Origin: a virus
Length of the DNA: 43,896 bases
IMG/VR virus record: IMGVR_UViG_3300046836_000255
Reading direction: 5' to 3' (one strand)
The position numbers and the translations under genes are program-made. This document shows positions 15,085 through 23,883 of the stretch, in pieces (the stretch's first letter is position 1; every line of letters starts with the position of its first letter). The notes beneath the pieces were generated by a model. That model was not told the origin of the DNA. It searched no databases and saw nothing but the letters and a program-made list of their open reading frames with translations.

Positions 15085-16962
15085 ATGGCAGACTTCTGGG
15101 ACTATCTTGCCGGGGCCGGGCAACGGCTGGGCGCCGGCTGGGATGCGCTCACGCGCGACCAGCAGTATTCGTATCTGCCGCCCGATCCCAACGCGGTGCC
15201 GAAGCCTGGGCAGGCGATCCCGCCGACCGTCGACCCGCGCTCGGTGGCGCCTGTGATGGGCCAGCAGCTCGCTGGCGGCATGGTGCCGACGTTCCTTAAG
15301 CCGATCCCGCAGGACGAGTGGTCCGACTACAATCGCCAGCTGTCGGCGCTGCCGGCCGACTACACCGGCAGGCTCCCGCCCAACCCGGCTGACAGCCCGT
15401 TGCGCACGCCGCTCGGCGCCGCTGCGGAGAGCGCGATGCTGTTCCCCGGCGGCGAGGGCCTCGCAGTGAAGGGGCTCGCGGGCGGCGCCAAGCTGGCGGC
15501 CGGCATCCTTCCACGCGTGTTAGGTGCCGGCGCCGAGGACGTGGCAAAGGCTGCTGCGCCTTCTGCGCTGCGCGCCTGGGCCGAGCCGCTGACGCATACG
15601 CCCGAGTCGCTTGTACAGTCAGGCTTGATGCCAGTGATGGCAGGCGACACGCGCATCAGCTCGCGCTTCCCGACTGCGATGGCGCGCACCGAAGACCCGA
15701 TGACGCAGCAGCTCGGCATCGATCTGCCGGCGTACATGCGCAAGACGCCGAGGGGCGACGATCCGTTTGCCCAGAACATGGGGCTGGTCGCCACCTATCC
15801 CGGCTTCGCCAAGTTTGCCGGTCAGTCGCCCGAGGATGTCTTTCGTGGCGCGTCCGATCAGATGCGCGGCAACATGCAGTTCATTCGCGACAATGCGCCG
15901 GCGCCATACCTTGAGCGTTCGCCGCTGTGGTACGAGGGCGCCAATCAGATATCGAGCGACCTCGCCGACCGGTGGGGTGTACCGCGACAGTCGGCGTCGG
16001 GTGCGCTCGCTGCGTTGTCGCCGCAGAAAGATTGGTTCCAGAACGTCAGTAACGCCGAGCGTGTTGGCGACATCTTGTCGAGCCCGACTGCGTCGATGCG
16101 CATGACAAGCGAGATGCGTGATCTGCATCCGACTCTCCAGGCGCTAAATTCGCCTGACAACCTCGACATCTTCCGCGCCATCCAGGGCAAGTCGCTGCAG
16201 CAGGTGCTGGACGATCCGGTCCACGCAGCGATGTGGATCAGGCTGTACGACGAGGCGCACAACTCGCCGAATTATCGCGCGATCACGCCCGAGGGCCTGT
16301 TCGGTGCGCCAGTTCTGACCGACAAGGGCGTGCCGGCGAACCGCGCCTGGAATAGCGGCGGTGAAATCGCGAAGGCGGTGCGGTCGCTGACGAGCGGCGG
16401 CGACATGAACGTCATCTCACCGGCAATGGGCAACGCCAACAAGGTGCGTTCGTTCTACAACAACATCGAGCTGCCGATGGACCGGCTGTACGGTGATGTG
16501 ACCGCCGACACGCATCAGGTTGCGGCGGCGCAGCTGCGGCCGTTGTCGGGTAACAGCTACCCGGTGGCGCACAATTTCGGCAACAGCTTGAGCCCGCAAT
16601 TTCAAGGCGCGGATTTCCCCGGCCACGCGAGCAGCAGCTCGTTCAGCGGCATCGGCGGCACCTATCCGCTGGCGGTCGACGCCGCCCGGCAGTTCGCCAC
16701 GGACAACCAGATGCTGCCGAGGGCGGCGCAGTCGCAGGCCTGGGAGGCGGTCAGGGAGCTATTTCCAGACACGTTCAAAACTGATAAGAATGTGGGGGTG
16801 ATCGATGACATCTGGAGGGCACATGATCGAGGTGAAATCTCCCTGGACGCCGCCCGCAAGCGCATCCTCGACTATGCAGCTCCCTCCGGTATTGGCCTTC
16901 CATCTTGGGCACAATCTAGTGCTCCAGTCGCTCGTGCGACGCGGGCGTCCACTTACCGTTAG
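15085..16962 (+). CDS. Large hypothetical protein (625 aa), possibly virion-associated
   Basis: Long ORF with good coding composition between the endolysin and the portal. Central motifs LWYEGAN...ALAALSPQKDWFQNV...NKVRSFYNNI. No family confidently recognised. Confidence 0.8.
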   Translation: MADFWDYLAGAGQRLGAGWDALTRDQQYSYLPPDPNAVPKPGQAIPPTVDPRSVAPVMGQQLAGGMVPTFLKPIPQDEWSDYNRQLSALPADYTGRLPPNPADSPLRTPLGAAAESAMLFPGGEGLAVKGLAGGAKLAAGILPRVLGAGAEDVAKAAAPSALRAWAEPLTHTPESLVQSGLMPVMAGDTRISSRFPTAMARTEDPMTQQLGIDLPAYMRKTPRGDDPFAQNMGLVATYPGFAKFAGQSPEDVFRGASDQMRGNMQFIRDNAPAPYLERSPLWYEGANQISSDLADRWGVPRQSASGALAALSPQKDWFQNVSNAERVGDILSSPTASMRMTSEMRDLHPTLQALNSPDNLDIFRAIQGKSLQQVLDDPVHAAMWIRLYDEAHNSPNYRAITPEGLFGAPVLTDKGVPANRAWNSGGEIAKAVRSLTSGGDMNVISPAMGNANKVRSFYNNIELPMDRLYGDVTADTHQVAAAQLRPLSGNSYPVAHNFGNSLSPQFQGADFPGHASSSSFSGIGGTYPLAVDAARQFATDNQMLPRAAQSQAWEAVRELFPDTFKTDKNVGVIDDIWRAHDRGEISLDAARKRILDYAAPSGIGLPSWAQSSAPVARATRASTYR

Positions 16963-17074
16963 CGCCTATCTGCAAGTGGCCTACAACGAGGGCGTGCCCG
17001 ACGATCTGGACGACGGCGAGCTGGAGCTGCTTGAGGCGCTGCGCGAGCACGAAGAGGCCCAGCGCAAGCGCTGA
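16874..17074 (+). CDS. Small acidic hypothetical protein (start uncertain; GTG 16934 is an alternative)
   Basis: Overlaps the 3' end of the upstream gene in another frame. C-terminus PLTVSAYLQVAYNEGVPDDLDDGELELLEALREHEE resembles small conserved phage proteins. Confidence 0.4.
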   Translation: MQLPPVLAFHLGHNLVLQSLVRRGRPLTVSAYLQVAYNEGVPDDLDDGELELLEALREHEEAQRKR

Positions 17075-17148
17075 CCCGCGCTACCCGCTGACTGAGTTGC
17101 GACGGGCTGGTGCTGATGGCGCCGGCCCGTTGTGCTTTGGAGACGCCG

Positions 17149-17430
17149 ATGGTCGACCGAGCAAGATCATGGTTCTCCGAGAACACCACCCTGGCCGTCT
17201 TCCTCGTCGGGCAGGCAATCGCGATCTGCGCGGTGGCGGTCAGCGTCATTGCCTACATGGTGCGGCTTGAGACGCGGGTGGCGACGCTGGAGATACGTGG
17301 CTCGCCGCATCTCGCCGAGATCAACAATCGGCTGACCGTGCTTGAGAGCACGACCAAGGACAACAAGGACCGCCTCATCAAGATTGTCGACGTGATGACG
17401 CGCGAGCTGCACATCAATCCATCGAGATAG
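17149..17430 (+). CDS. Type II membrane protein with coiled coil (i-spanin-like topology)
   Basis: ATG at 17149, 6 nt after GGAG. One N-terminal TM (LAVFLVGQAIAICAVAVSVIAYMV), then heptad-like RLETRVATLE...NNRLTVLESTTKDNKDRL. Confidence 0.55.
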   Translation: MVDRARSWFSENTTLAVFLVGQAIAICAVAVSVIAYMVRLETRVATLEIRGSPHLAEINNRLTVLESTTKDNKDRLIKIVDVMTRELHINPSR

Positions 17431-17439
17431 GGGTGTCGC

Positions 17440-17622
17440 ATGCCCACCTGCGAGACGTGCTCCACCAACCAGTGGGACGCGGTGCGGTTCTACGTCGCTG
17501 TTATCAGCGAGGTGCGCTCCAAGAAGGTGGTCGACATGCGCAACGTCGAGCAGGTCGAGTCGGCGAGTGACGTTGTGATGCGCGACATGCTGTCGATACT
17601 GATGCCGGCAGGGAATGCGTAA
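17440..17622 (+). CDS. Hypothetical protein (60 aa)
   Basis: Fills the gap before the portal; its stop overlaps the portal ATG. Confidence 0.45.
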   Translation: MPTCETCSTNQWDAVRFYVAVISEVRSKKVVDMRNVEQVESASDVVMRDMLSILMPAGNA

Positions 17623-19970
17623 TGGCCAAGAAGAAGATGACCAGCTCGGAGCTGACAGCGGTCCTGTCGGCCGAGCGTTACGCGTCGCTGTCCTCGATCC
17701 GGTCGTCGCGGCTGACCGAGGATCGCTTGACCGCGATGGACTTCTACCTGGGCCACATGGAGCGGGTGCTGCCGACCATCGTCGGGCGCTCGACCGCCGT
17801 GTCGACCGATGTCGCCGACACCATCGAAGGGCTGATGCCCAGCCTGATGGACATCTTCTGCGGCAGCGAGCAGGTGGTGAAGTTCGAGCCGACCCGCGCC
17901 GACGACGAGGACGCCGCCGAGCAGGAAACCGATTTCGTCAACCATCATTTTCTAACGCATGGCGGGTTTCTCACGCTGTACAGCTTCATCAAGGATGCGT
18001 TGCTGTCGAAGCTCGGCGTCGTCAAAATTCATTGGATCGAGGAGACAATCGAGCACAAGGAAACCTACTTCGATCAGGATGAGCAGACCTACCAGTTTCT
18101 GATTTCGCAGCCCAACGTCGAGGTGATCGAGCACAGCGAGCATCCCGATCCGTATGCGCCGCAGCCGCAGCCGCAGCCGCAGCTCGGCGCCCCGCCACCG
18201 CCGCAGCCCGAGCCGGGTGAGCCGGGCGAGCAGCCTGAGCCGTCTGAGCAGGGCGAGCAGGCTGGACCGCCTGGTGCCCCACCTGGTGGCCCCGGTGTCC
18301 CGCCAGGTGCCCCGCCGCAGCTCGCCATGCCGCAGCAGCCGGCGCCGCCGCCGATGCTGCACGACGTGACGCTGCGCTGTACCTACAAGCACGGTTACGC
18401 GAAATGCGAGCCGGTGCCGCCCGAGGAGTTCGGCATCTCGCGCGCCGCGCGCTCAATCGAGGACTGCGGCTATTGCTTCCACGAGGTCGTCAAGTTCGAG
18501 CACGAGCTGATCGACCAGGGCTACGACGCCGAGCAGCTCAAGGAGGTGCCAACCTATCCGGTTTACGCGACGCAGGAGGTACGCTCGCGCGACACGGTCG
18601 AGGAGGCGACGTTCACCTCAGGCGACAGCATCAACGAGGCGAACCGGCGCCTGCTCGTCACCGAGCACTACGTGCAGCTCGACTACGAGGGTGATGGCAA
18701 GCCGTGCCTCTACCGCGTGACGACGGCCGGCGAGACGATGGAGATACTCAAGCGTGACGGCAAGGACGATATCATCCAGTGGGATGTCGTGCCGTTCGCC
18801 GCGATGACGCCGGTGATCATGACGCACCGCGTCTACGGCCGCTCGATTGCCGATCTCGTCATGGACATCCAGAAGATCAAAACGGCGTTGATGCGGGCGC
18901 TGCTCGACAACGCCTACATCGCCAACAATCCGCGCACCGAGGTCAGCGAGAGCCACGCCAGCGAGAACACGCTCGATGATCTGCTGGTGTCGCGCCCTGG
19001 CGGCGTTGTCCGCACGCGTCAGCCGGGCGGCCTCAATGTGCTGATGCATCCGCCCATCGGCGGTCACGTGTTCCCGATGCTCGAATACATGGACACGGTG
19101 CGCGAGTGGCGCACTGGCGTGACGCGCCAGGGCCAGGGCATCGACGCCCAGGCGCTGCAGAACCAGAGCGCGACCGCTGTGGCGCAGGCGATGACGGCAT
19201 CGCAGGCGCGCATGAAGCTGATTGCCCGCATCTTCGCCGAGACCGGCATCAAGGACATGTTCAAGCTGCTGCATCACACGCTGCGCTCGAACGGCACCCA
19301 GGCTGAGACGGTCAAGCTGCGCGGCAAGTGGACGATGATTAACCCGCGCGACTGGGCCGAGCGCAACAACATGACGATCAACGTCGGGCTCGGGACCGGC
19401 GGCCGCGCCGAGCAGCTGCAGAACCACATGTTGATCGTGCAGGCGCAGACGAATGCGCTGCAGGCGGGGCTCACCAACCTCGTCACCATGCAAAACCTGC
19501 ACAATAGCGCGAAGCGGCTGGTGCAGCTCACCGGCGGCAAGAACCCGGACGAGTATTTCACCGACCCGGCGACGCAGCCGCCGCCGCAGCCCAAGCCTGA
19601 TCCGAAGGTGATGGAGCTGCAGGCGCAGCAGCAGCTCGACCAGCAACACCAGCAGGCTGAGGCGCAGCGTGCCGATCTCAAGACCAGGGCCGACATTGCG
19701 CTCGCCGAGCGCAAGTTCCAGCTCGACGCCGAGGCGCGGCGCCAGGAGATGGCGCAACGTGCCGAAGAGCACCGCATGAACATGGCGGGTCACGTTGTGA
19801 AGGCGGCGACGCAGATCAAGGTGAAGCAGACGCCCGATGGCGTCGAGCAGAGCGGCCCCGACCCGCAGCTGCTGCGCGAGATGGCGCAACATTTCGGACA
19901 ACCGCAACCTCGTGGCATGCGGATCGTGCGCGATGCGCAGGGTCGCGTGTCGCACACTGAGCCGATCTGA
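17622..19970 (+). CDS. Portal protein
   Basis: 782 aa. Conserved portal N-terminal pattern DFYLG...GRS.AVSTDVADTIEGLMPSLMDIF...FEP....DE..AEQETDFVNHHF and a long C-terminal coiled coil. Positioned before scaffold and capsid. Confidence 0.88.
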   Translation: MAKKKMTSSELTAVLSAERYASLSSIRSSRLTEDRLTAMDFYLGHMERVLPTIVGRSTAVSTDVADTIEGLMPSLMDIFCGSEQVVKFEPTRADDEDAAEQETDFVNHHFLTHGGFLTLYSFIKDALLSKLGVVKIHWIEETIEHKETYFDQDEQTYQFLISQPNVEVIEHSEHPDPYAPQPQPQPQLGAPPPPQPEPGEPGEQPEPSEQGEQAGPPGAPPGGPGVPPGAPPQLAMPQQPAPPPMLHDVTLRCTYKHGYAKCEPVPPEEFGISRAARSIEDCGYCFHEVVKFEHELIDQGYDAEQLKEVPTYPVYATQEVRSRDTVEEATFTSGDSINEANRRLLVTEHYVQLDYEGDGKPCLYRVTTAGETMEILKRDGKDDIIQWDVVPFAAMTPVIMTHRVYGRSIADLVMDIQKIKTALMRALLDNAYIANNPRTEVSESHASENTLDDLLVSRPGGVVRTRQPGGLNVLMHPPIGGHVFPMLEYMDTVREWRTGVTRQGQGIDAQALQNQSATAVAQAMTASQARMKLIARIFAETGIKDMFKLLHHTLRSNGTQAETVKLRGKWTMINPRDWAERNNMTINVGLGTGGRAEQLQNHMLIVQAQTNALQAGLTNLVTMQNLHNSAKRLVQLTGGKNPDEYFTDPATQPPPQPKPDPKVMELQAQQQLDQQHQQAEAQRADLKTRADIALAERKFQLDAEARRQEMAQRAEEHRMNMAGHVVKAATQIKVKQTPDGVEQSGPDPQLLREMAQHFGQPQPRGMRIVRDAQGRVSHTEPI

Positions 19971-19978
19971 GGTTGACG

Positions 19979-20656
19979 ATGCCAGCCATCAACTTCGTTG
20001 ACGTTTGCCAGTTCAATTCAGCTGCAGGCGGCACGGCTGACTTTGTCGCAGCGAGTGCCGCTACAGGCTATCTGGCGCCGGTTGGTGCCGGTGCGGTGGA
20101 CGGCGCCACGTATCGCTATCGCGCCGAGAGCAGTGATCTGACGCAGTGGGAGGTTGGGTTTGGCGTTTACGCGGCCGGCACGCTCGCGCGCACAACGGTG
20201 CTGAAATCTTCGAGCGCGAACGCCAAGGTCAACTTCACCGCCCCGCCTGGGGTGGCGATTGTATATCTGGCCGAGGACGCGGTGTCTTCGAAGAACAATC
20301 TGTCCGAGATACAAGACCCGGCGGCGGCTAGAGCGAACCTGGGGATTAACCCCAATGTTGTCGCTGTTTCATCGGGCGCCAGTTATTCCGCTGCAGCGGC
20401 TGACGACCTCATCATTGTCAACAAAAGCACTGGCAGCGCGACGAGTGTGACGATGGTCGCCTCTGCGACGCGCACGCGCGGGCCGGTTCAGATCAAGGAC
20501 GGCAAGGGTGATGCGGACACAAACAATATCACGGTTGGGTTCAATGGCGCCGAGAAAGCTGACGGCCTTACGACGGTGATTATCAGCACCTCGTTCGGTG
20601 TCGTCTCGCTTGCGCCCAACCCGGCCGGCGGGTGGATCATCCTTAGCTTTGGGTAA
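19979..20656 (+). CDS. Tail-fibre-like protein
   Basis: ATG at 19979 after GAGG. Contains NLSEIQDPAAARANLGI, a motif frequent in phage tail fibres. Confidence 0.7.
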   Translation: MPAINFVDVCQFNSAAGGTADFVAASAATGYLAPVGAGAVDGATYRYRAESSDLTQWEVGFGVYAAGTLARTTVLKSSSANAKVNFTAPPGVAIVYLAEDAVSSKNNLSEIQDPAAARANLGINPNVVAVSSGASYSAAAADDLIIVNKSTGSATSVTMVASATRTRGPVQIKDGKGDADTNNITVGFNGAEKADGLTTVIISTSFGVVSLAPNPAGGWIILSFG

Positions 20657-20660
20657 CGGC

Positions 20661-23444
20661 ATGAAACGTATCTCACTTGCACTCGCGGCCCTGCTGTTCT
20701 CAACGCAGGCGTTCGCGCAGACGCAATTCCCGCCCAGCACGCTATGGGGAAATGCCAAGACCAGTAAAGCGTCGCCGACCACGGTGACGGTGCCAAGTTG
20801 TCCAGCGGGTGCGCTGAACTTTACGCCGGGTACCGGGTTTGGTTGCGGTACTCTCTCCGGTAGCGGCGTCACCTCGCTCGGTGGAATGACCGGCGTCATC
20901 ACTTGCGGCTCAAATCTGACATGCGCGGCCGGAACCATCTCGGCGACCGGCGGCGGTTCACCGGGTGGCAGCAACCTGCAAATCCAATACAACAACGCTG
21001 GATCATTCGGCGGTTTGACCGACTCGCAAGTCACCGCGCGCATCCAGTCGTTCACCAGCACGCTGTCCGGCGCCGCGCCGGCATCCGGCGGCGGCACCAC
21101 CGCCTTCCTGCGCGCCGATGGCACTTGGGCCATCCCGTCTGGCACAGGCAGCGGCGTCACCTCGCTCGGCGGCATGACTGGCGTTATCACATGCGGCGCG
21201 AACATGACCTGCACCGGTGGGCAGATCAATTCGACCGGCGGCAGCACACCTGCGCTCGCCCACACGCATCTGTTCGTCGGCAATGGCAGCAACGCCGCCG
21301 CTGACTTCGGCACACTTGCTACCTTTGCCGATACCGGCGGCCTGACGATTGCCCCGACAAGCGGCACGACCTCCCCCGGTCTTACGATCAACCAAACCGG
21401 TCCGAATACCGGCAGTCAGGGCACATCGCAAATTAGCTACAATTCGATTGTTGTCAATGACGGTGCGCGACCAAGCAACGGTCAGTATTCGATAGGGCTG
21501 TTGGTTCAGCAAAACCTTTTATCCAATATCCTTGGGCAAAAAACGCCTCTTTACGTAGCGAGCGTGCGCAACACGGGAAATACCTTAACGCCAAACGATC
21601 AGATCGGATTTGTCTCATTTACCCAAGTAGGTGTGACGAATGGCGGCACCGGCACCGGCGATCCAAACGCCACCGGCTGTTCAGCCGTTCCGCCGACAGG
21701 CGCCAGTTGCCCGCTGGGTGGAGTATACGCTCTCAATCCGATTATCAGCGTGTCGGCCGGTGCAACCAACTACGACACCTTCGCGGTCGGCGAATTTGAC
21801 ATGCAGATGGGTGGCGGATCGGTGAGAAACCGCTTCGGCTTGAACGTTGTCAACGCCGACGTGGGAACCGGCGCCTTCCGCGATGCCGCCGTCGCCATTG
21901 AGAGTAGCAACATAACGGGTTCCTGGCGCATTGCCATGCTGTTCTCCAATCGGGTGAGCGCCCAAGCGCTGGCCTCGACGGGCAGCATCATCGCGTCTGA
22001 CGGCTACGCGCAGACCATTGCCAGCGTCATTAGTTTACCAAATTGGACGATCAACGGAAACATCTTCGATTTCACCGCCGCCGGTTACAAGGTTAGCGGC
22101 GTCGGCGTGGTGACTTCAGCGGGGCTGACGCTGTCCAATGTCACTGGCTCGACGCAGTGCTTACACGCAAATGCTTCCGGCGTCGTTACCGGCACCGGTG
22201 CAGATTGCGGCTCAGGCACCGGCGGCGTCAGTCTCTCCAGTCCCAACACTTGGACAGCGACGCAGACGTTTCAAGTGGCGGCCCAGTCGCCGGTCGTCAT
22301 TGCCGGGACGAGTGGCAGCAATACCGTTGCGCTGCTCAACACGAATGCCGGAACGTCAGCGACGTGGGCCTTTGAGGATGCCGGCATAGCCAAATGGTAT
22401 TTAGGCAAGCAAACCGACAATAGTTTTGTGGTCACCGATGGGCAGACCGGCCACACGATCCTTTCATCGCTTCTCGGCAGCGATGCTGTGCGGCTCGGCA
22501 ATGTCGGCGCAAACGGTGGGGTCCTTAAATTTGTAGGAGCGACCTCCGGGAACGTAACAGTTCAGCCGCAGGCGGCGGCTGGCACGCCGACACTGACCCT
22601 GCCAACCACGACCGGCACCTTCGCAGTCAGCGCAAGCTCGCCGCTGGTGCTGGATGCGGCGACCGGCATCCTGACCTGCCCGACATGCGGCGGCGGCGTG
22701 AGTGTTAGTAGTCCTAATACGTGGACTGCGCTTCAGACGCACACCGCTGGGGTAACAACCAATACGTTGACAGTGACGGCGCTCGCTGGAACGGGAACGC
22801 GCTGCGTTCACACAGACCTCAGCGGCGTTTTGTCCGCTACCTCGTCGGACTGCGGGTCCGCCTCGGGCGGCGGTGTCACTTCGGTTGGAAATGCTGACGG
22901 CTCGCTGACCGTCACCAATGGGGCCACAACACCCGATGTAAAAATCGCCGTCGGCCATGCAAACACCTGGACCGCCACGCAGAGCATGAGTGGCCTTACC
23001 CTGTCCTCGATCACCGGCTCAACGCAGTGCCTCCAAGTCGATACTTCGGGCAATGTTTCCGGCTACGGCGTCTCTTGCCTGGGCGGCTATAGCGGCGGTG
23101 CCTCTACGCCATTTACAACAACCGTCACAAATTCATCTGGAGCCTATGGAGGAACGACAAGCACGTCTTCATATATAAAAGTCGGCAAATTCGTATATGT
23201 GCAGATTGCCGTTTCGGTTACTGCTGCCGGTACGGCGGGTGGCTCTCCAATTTTTTCACTACCAAGCGGCCTGAATTGCAAAGCAGGAAGTTTCGTTGTC
23301 GGACGCGAGGACGGAATTTCAGGCAAAATGCTTTCAGGGGTGTGTCAGGCTACGCAACTAGGTATAGTGGATTATACTAATACCCCTCCGACGAATGCGA
23401 CGGGCGCGCACTACACCTTGAGCGGAAGCTATGAAACGCCATGA
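20661..23444 (+). CDS. Large G/T/S-rich fibre-like repeat protein (927 aa) with an N-terminal Sec-type signal-peptide-like sequence
   Basis: MKRISLALAALLFSTQAFA/QTQ. Repeated modules GSGVTSLGGMTGVITCG.N.TC..G (two copies, 288 nt apart), SSPNTWTA.QT (three copies) and GSTQCL (two copies, with a related GTRCV variant). Confidence 0.8.
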   Translation: MKRISLALAALLFSTQAFAQTQFPPSTLWGNAKTSKASPTTVTVPSCPAGALNFTPGTGFGCGTLSGSGVTSLGGMTGVITCGSNLTCAAGTISATGGGSPGGSNLQIQYNNAGSFGGLTDSQVTARIQSFTSTLSGAAPASGGGTTAFLRADGTWAIPSGTGSGVTSLGGMTGVITCGANMTCTGGQINSTGGSTPALAHTHLFVGNGSNAAADFGTLATFADTGGLTIAPTSGTTSPGLTINQTGPNTGSQGTSQISYNSIVVNDGARPSNGQYSIGLLVQQNLLSNILGQKTPLYVASVRNTGNTLTPNDQIGFVSFTQVGVTNGGTGTGDPNATGCSAVPPTGASCPLGGVYALNPIISVSAGATNYDTFAVGEFDMQMGGGSVRNRFGLNVVNADVGTGAFRDAAVAIESSNITGSWRIAMLFSNRVSAQALASTGSIIASDGYAQTIASVISLPNWTINGNIFDFTAAGYKVSGVGVVTSAGLTLSNVTGSTQCLHANASGVVTGTGADCGSGTGGVSLSSPNTWTATQTFQVAAQSPVVIAGTSGSNTVALLNTNAGTSATWAFEDAGIAKWYLGKQTDNSFVVTDGQTGHTILSSLLGSDAVRLGNVGANGGVLKFVGATSGNVTVQPQAAAGTPTLTLPTTTGTFAVSASSPLVLDAATGILTCPTCGGGVSVSSPNTWTALQTHTAGVTTNTLTVTALAGTGTRCVHTDLSGVLSATSSDCGSASGGGVTSVGNADGSLTVTNGATTPDVKIAVGHANTWTATQSMSGLTLSSITGSTQCLQVDTSGNVSGYGVSCLGGYSGGASTPFTTTVTNSSGAYGGTTSTSSYIKVGKFVYVQIAVSVTAAGTAGGSPIFSLPSGLNCKAGSFVVGREDGISGKMLSGVCQATQLGIVDYTNTPPTNATGAHYTLSGSYETP

Positions 23445-23454
23445 GGCAATACAC

Positions 23455-23856
23455 ATGAAAATGTTCGTTATTCTTCTGACACTGCTCGTGGTCCCGGCCT
23501 CGGCTGCGGACTTCTCTGCAAAAATTCTCGACATGGATGGGCGGCCGTTCATCGATGACGTGAAGTGCCCCGCCGACACGGCTGGCAAGCGCAAATGTGA
23601 GGACGATGTGGTGCTGGCCAACATCGCGGTGCGAGCGCTAATGGCGTCATACCAGGACGAGACAAACCTTGCCGGCGAAGAAAAGTTCAAGCGCTACGCG
23701 CTAGCGATGAAGATCAAGGACGGCGGCGACGTGTCGGTCTCGGCCGAGGAGGTTTCACTGCTCAAGCGGCTGATCGGGAAACTGTATACGCCGCTGGTCG
23801 TGGGTCGCGCGTTCCCGCTGCTCGACCCAGCAGAAAAAGCGGCAGCGGCAAAATGA
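23455..23856 (+). CDS. Small protein with a signal-peptide-like N-terminus
   Basis: ATG at 23455, 8 nt after GAGG; MKMFVILLTLLVVPASA/ADF... Confidence 0.65.
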   Translation: MKMFVILLTLLVVPASAADFSAKILDMDGRPFIDDVKCPADTAGKRKCEDDVVLANIAVRALMASYQDETNLAGEEKFKRYALAMKIKDGGDVSVSAEEVSLLKRLIGKLYTPLVVGRAFPLLDPAEKAAAAK

Positions 23857-23883
23857 TCTGCCGGCGCGTCGTGAGGTGCCGAC

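Noticed and set aside
20862-23060. Internal DNA repeats of the fibre-like gene as template/variable repeats of a diversity-generating retroelement
   Set aside because: There is no reverse transcriptase anywhere in the genome. The repeats are in-frame protein modules whose differences show no obvious bias toward adenine positions (judged by eye).
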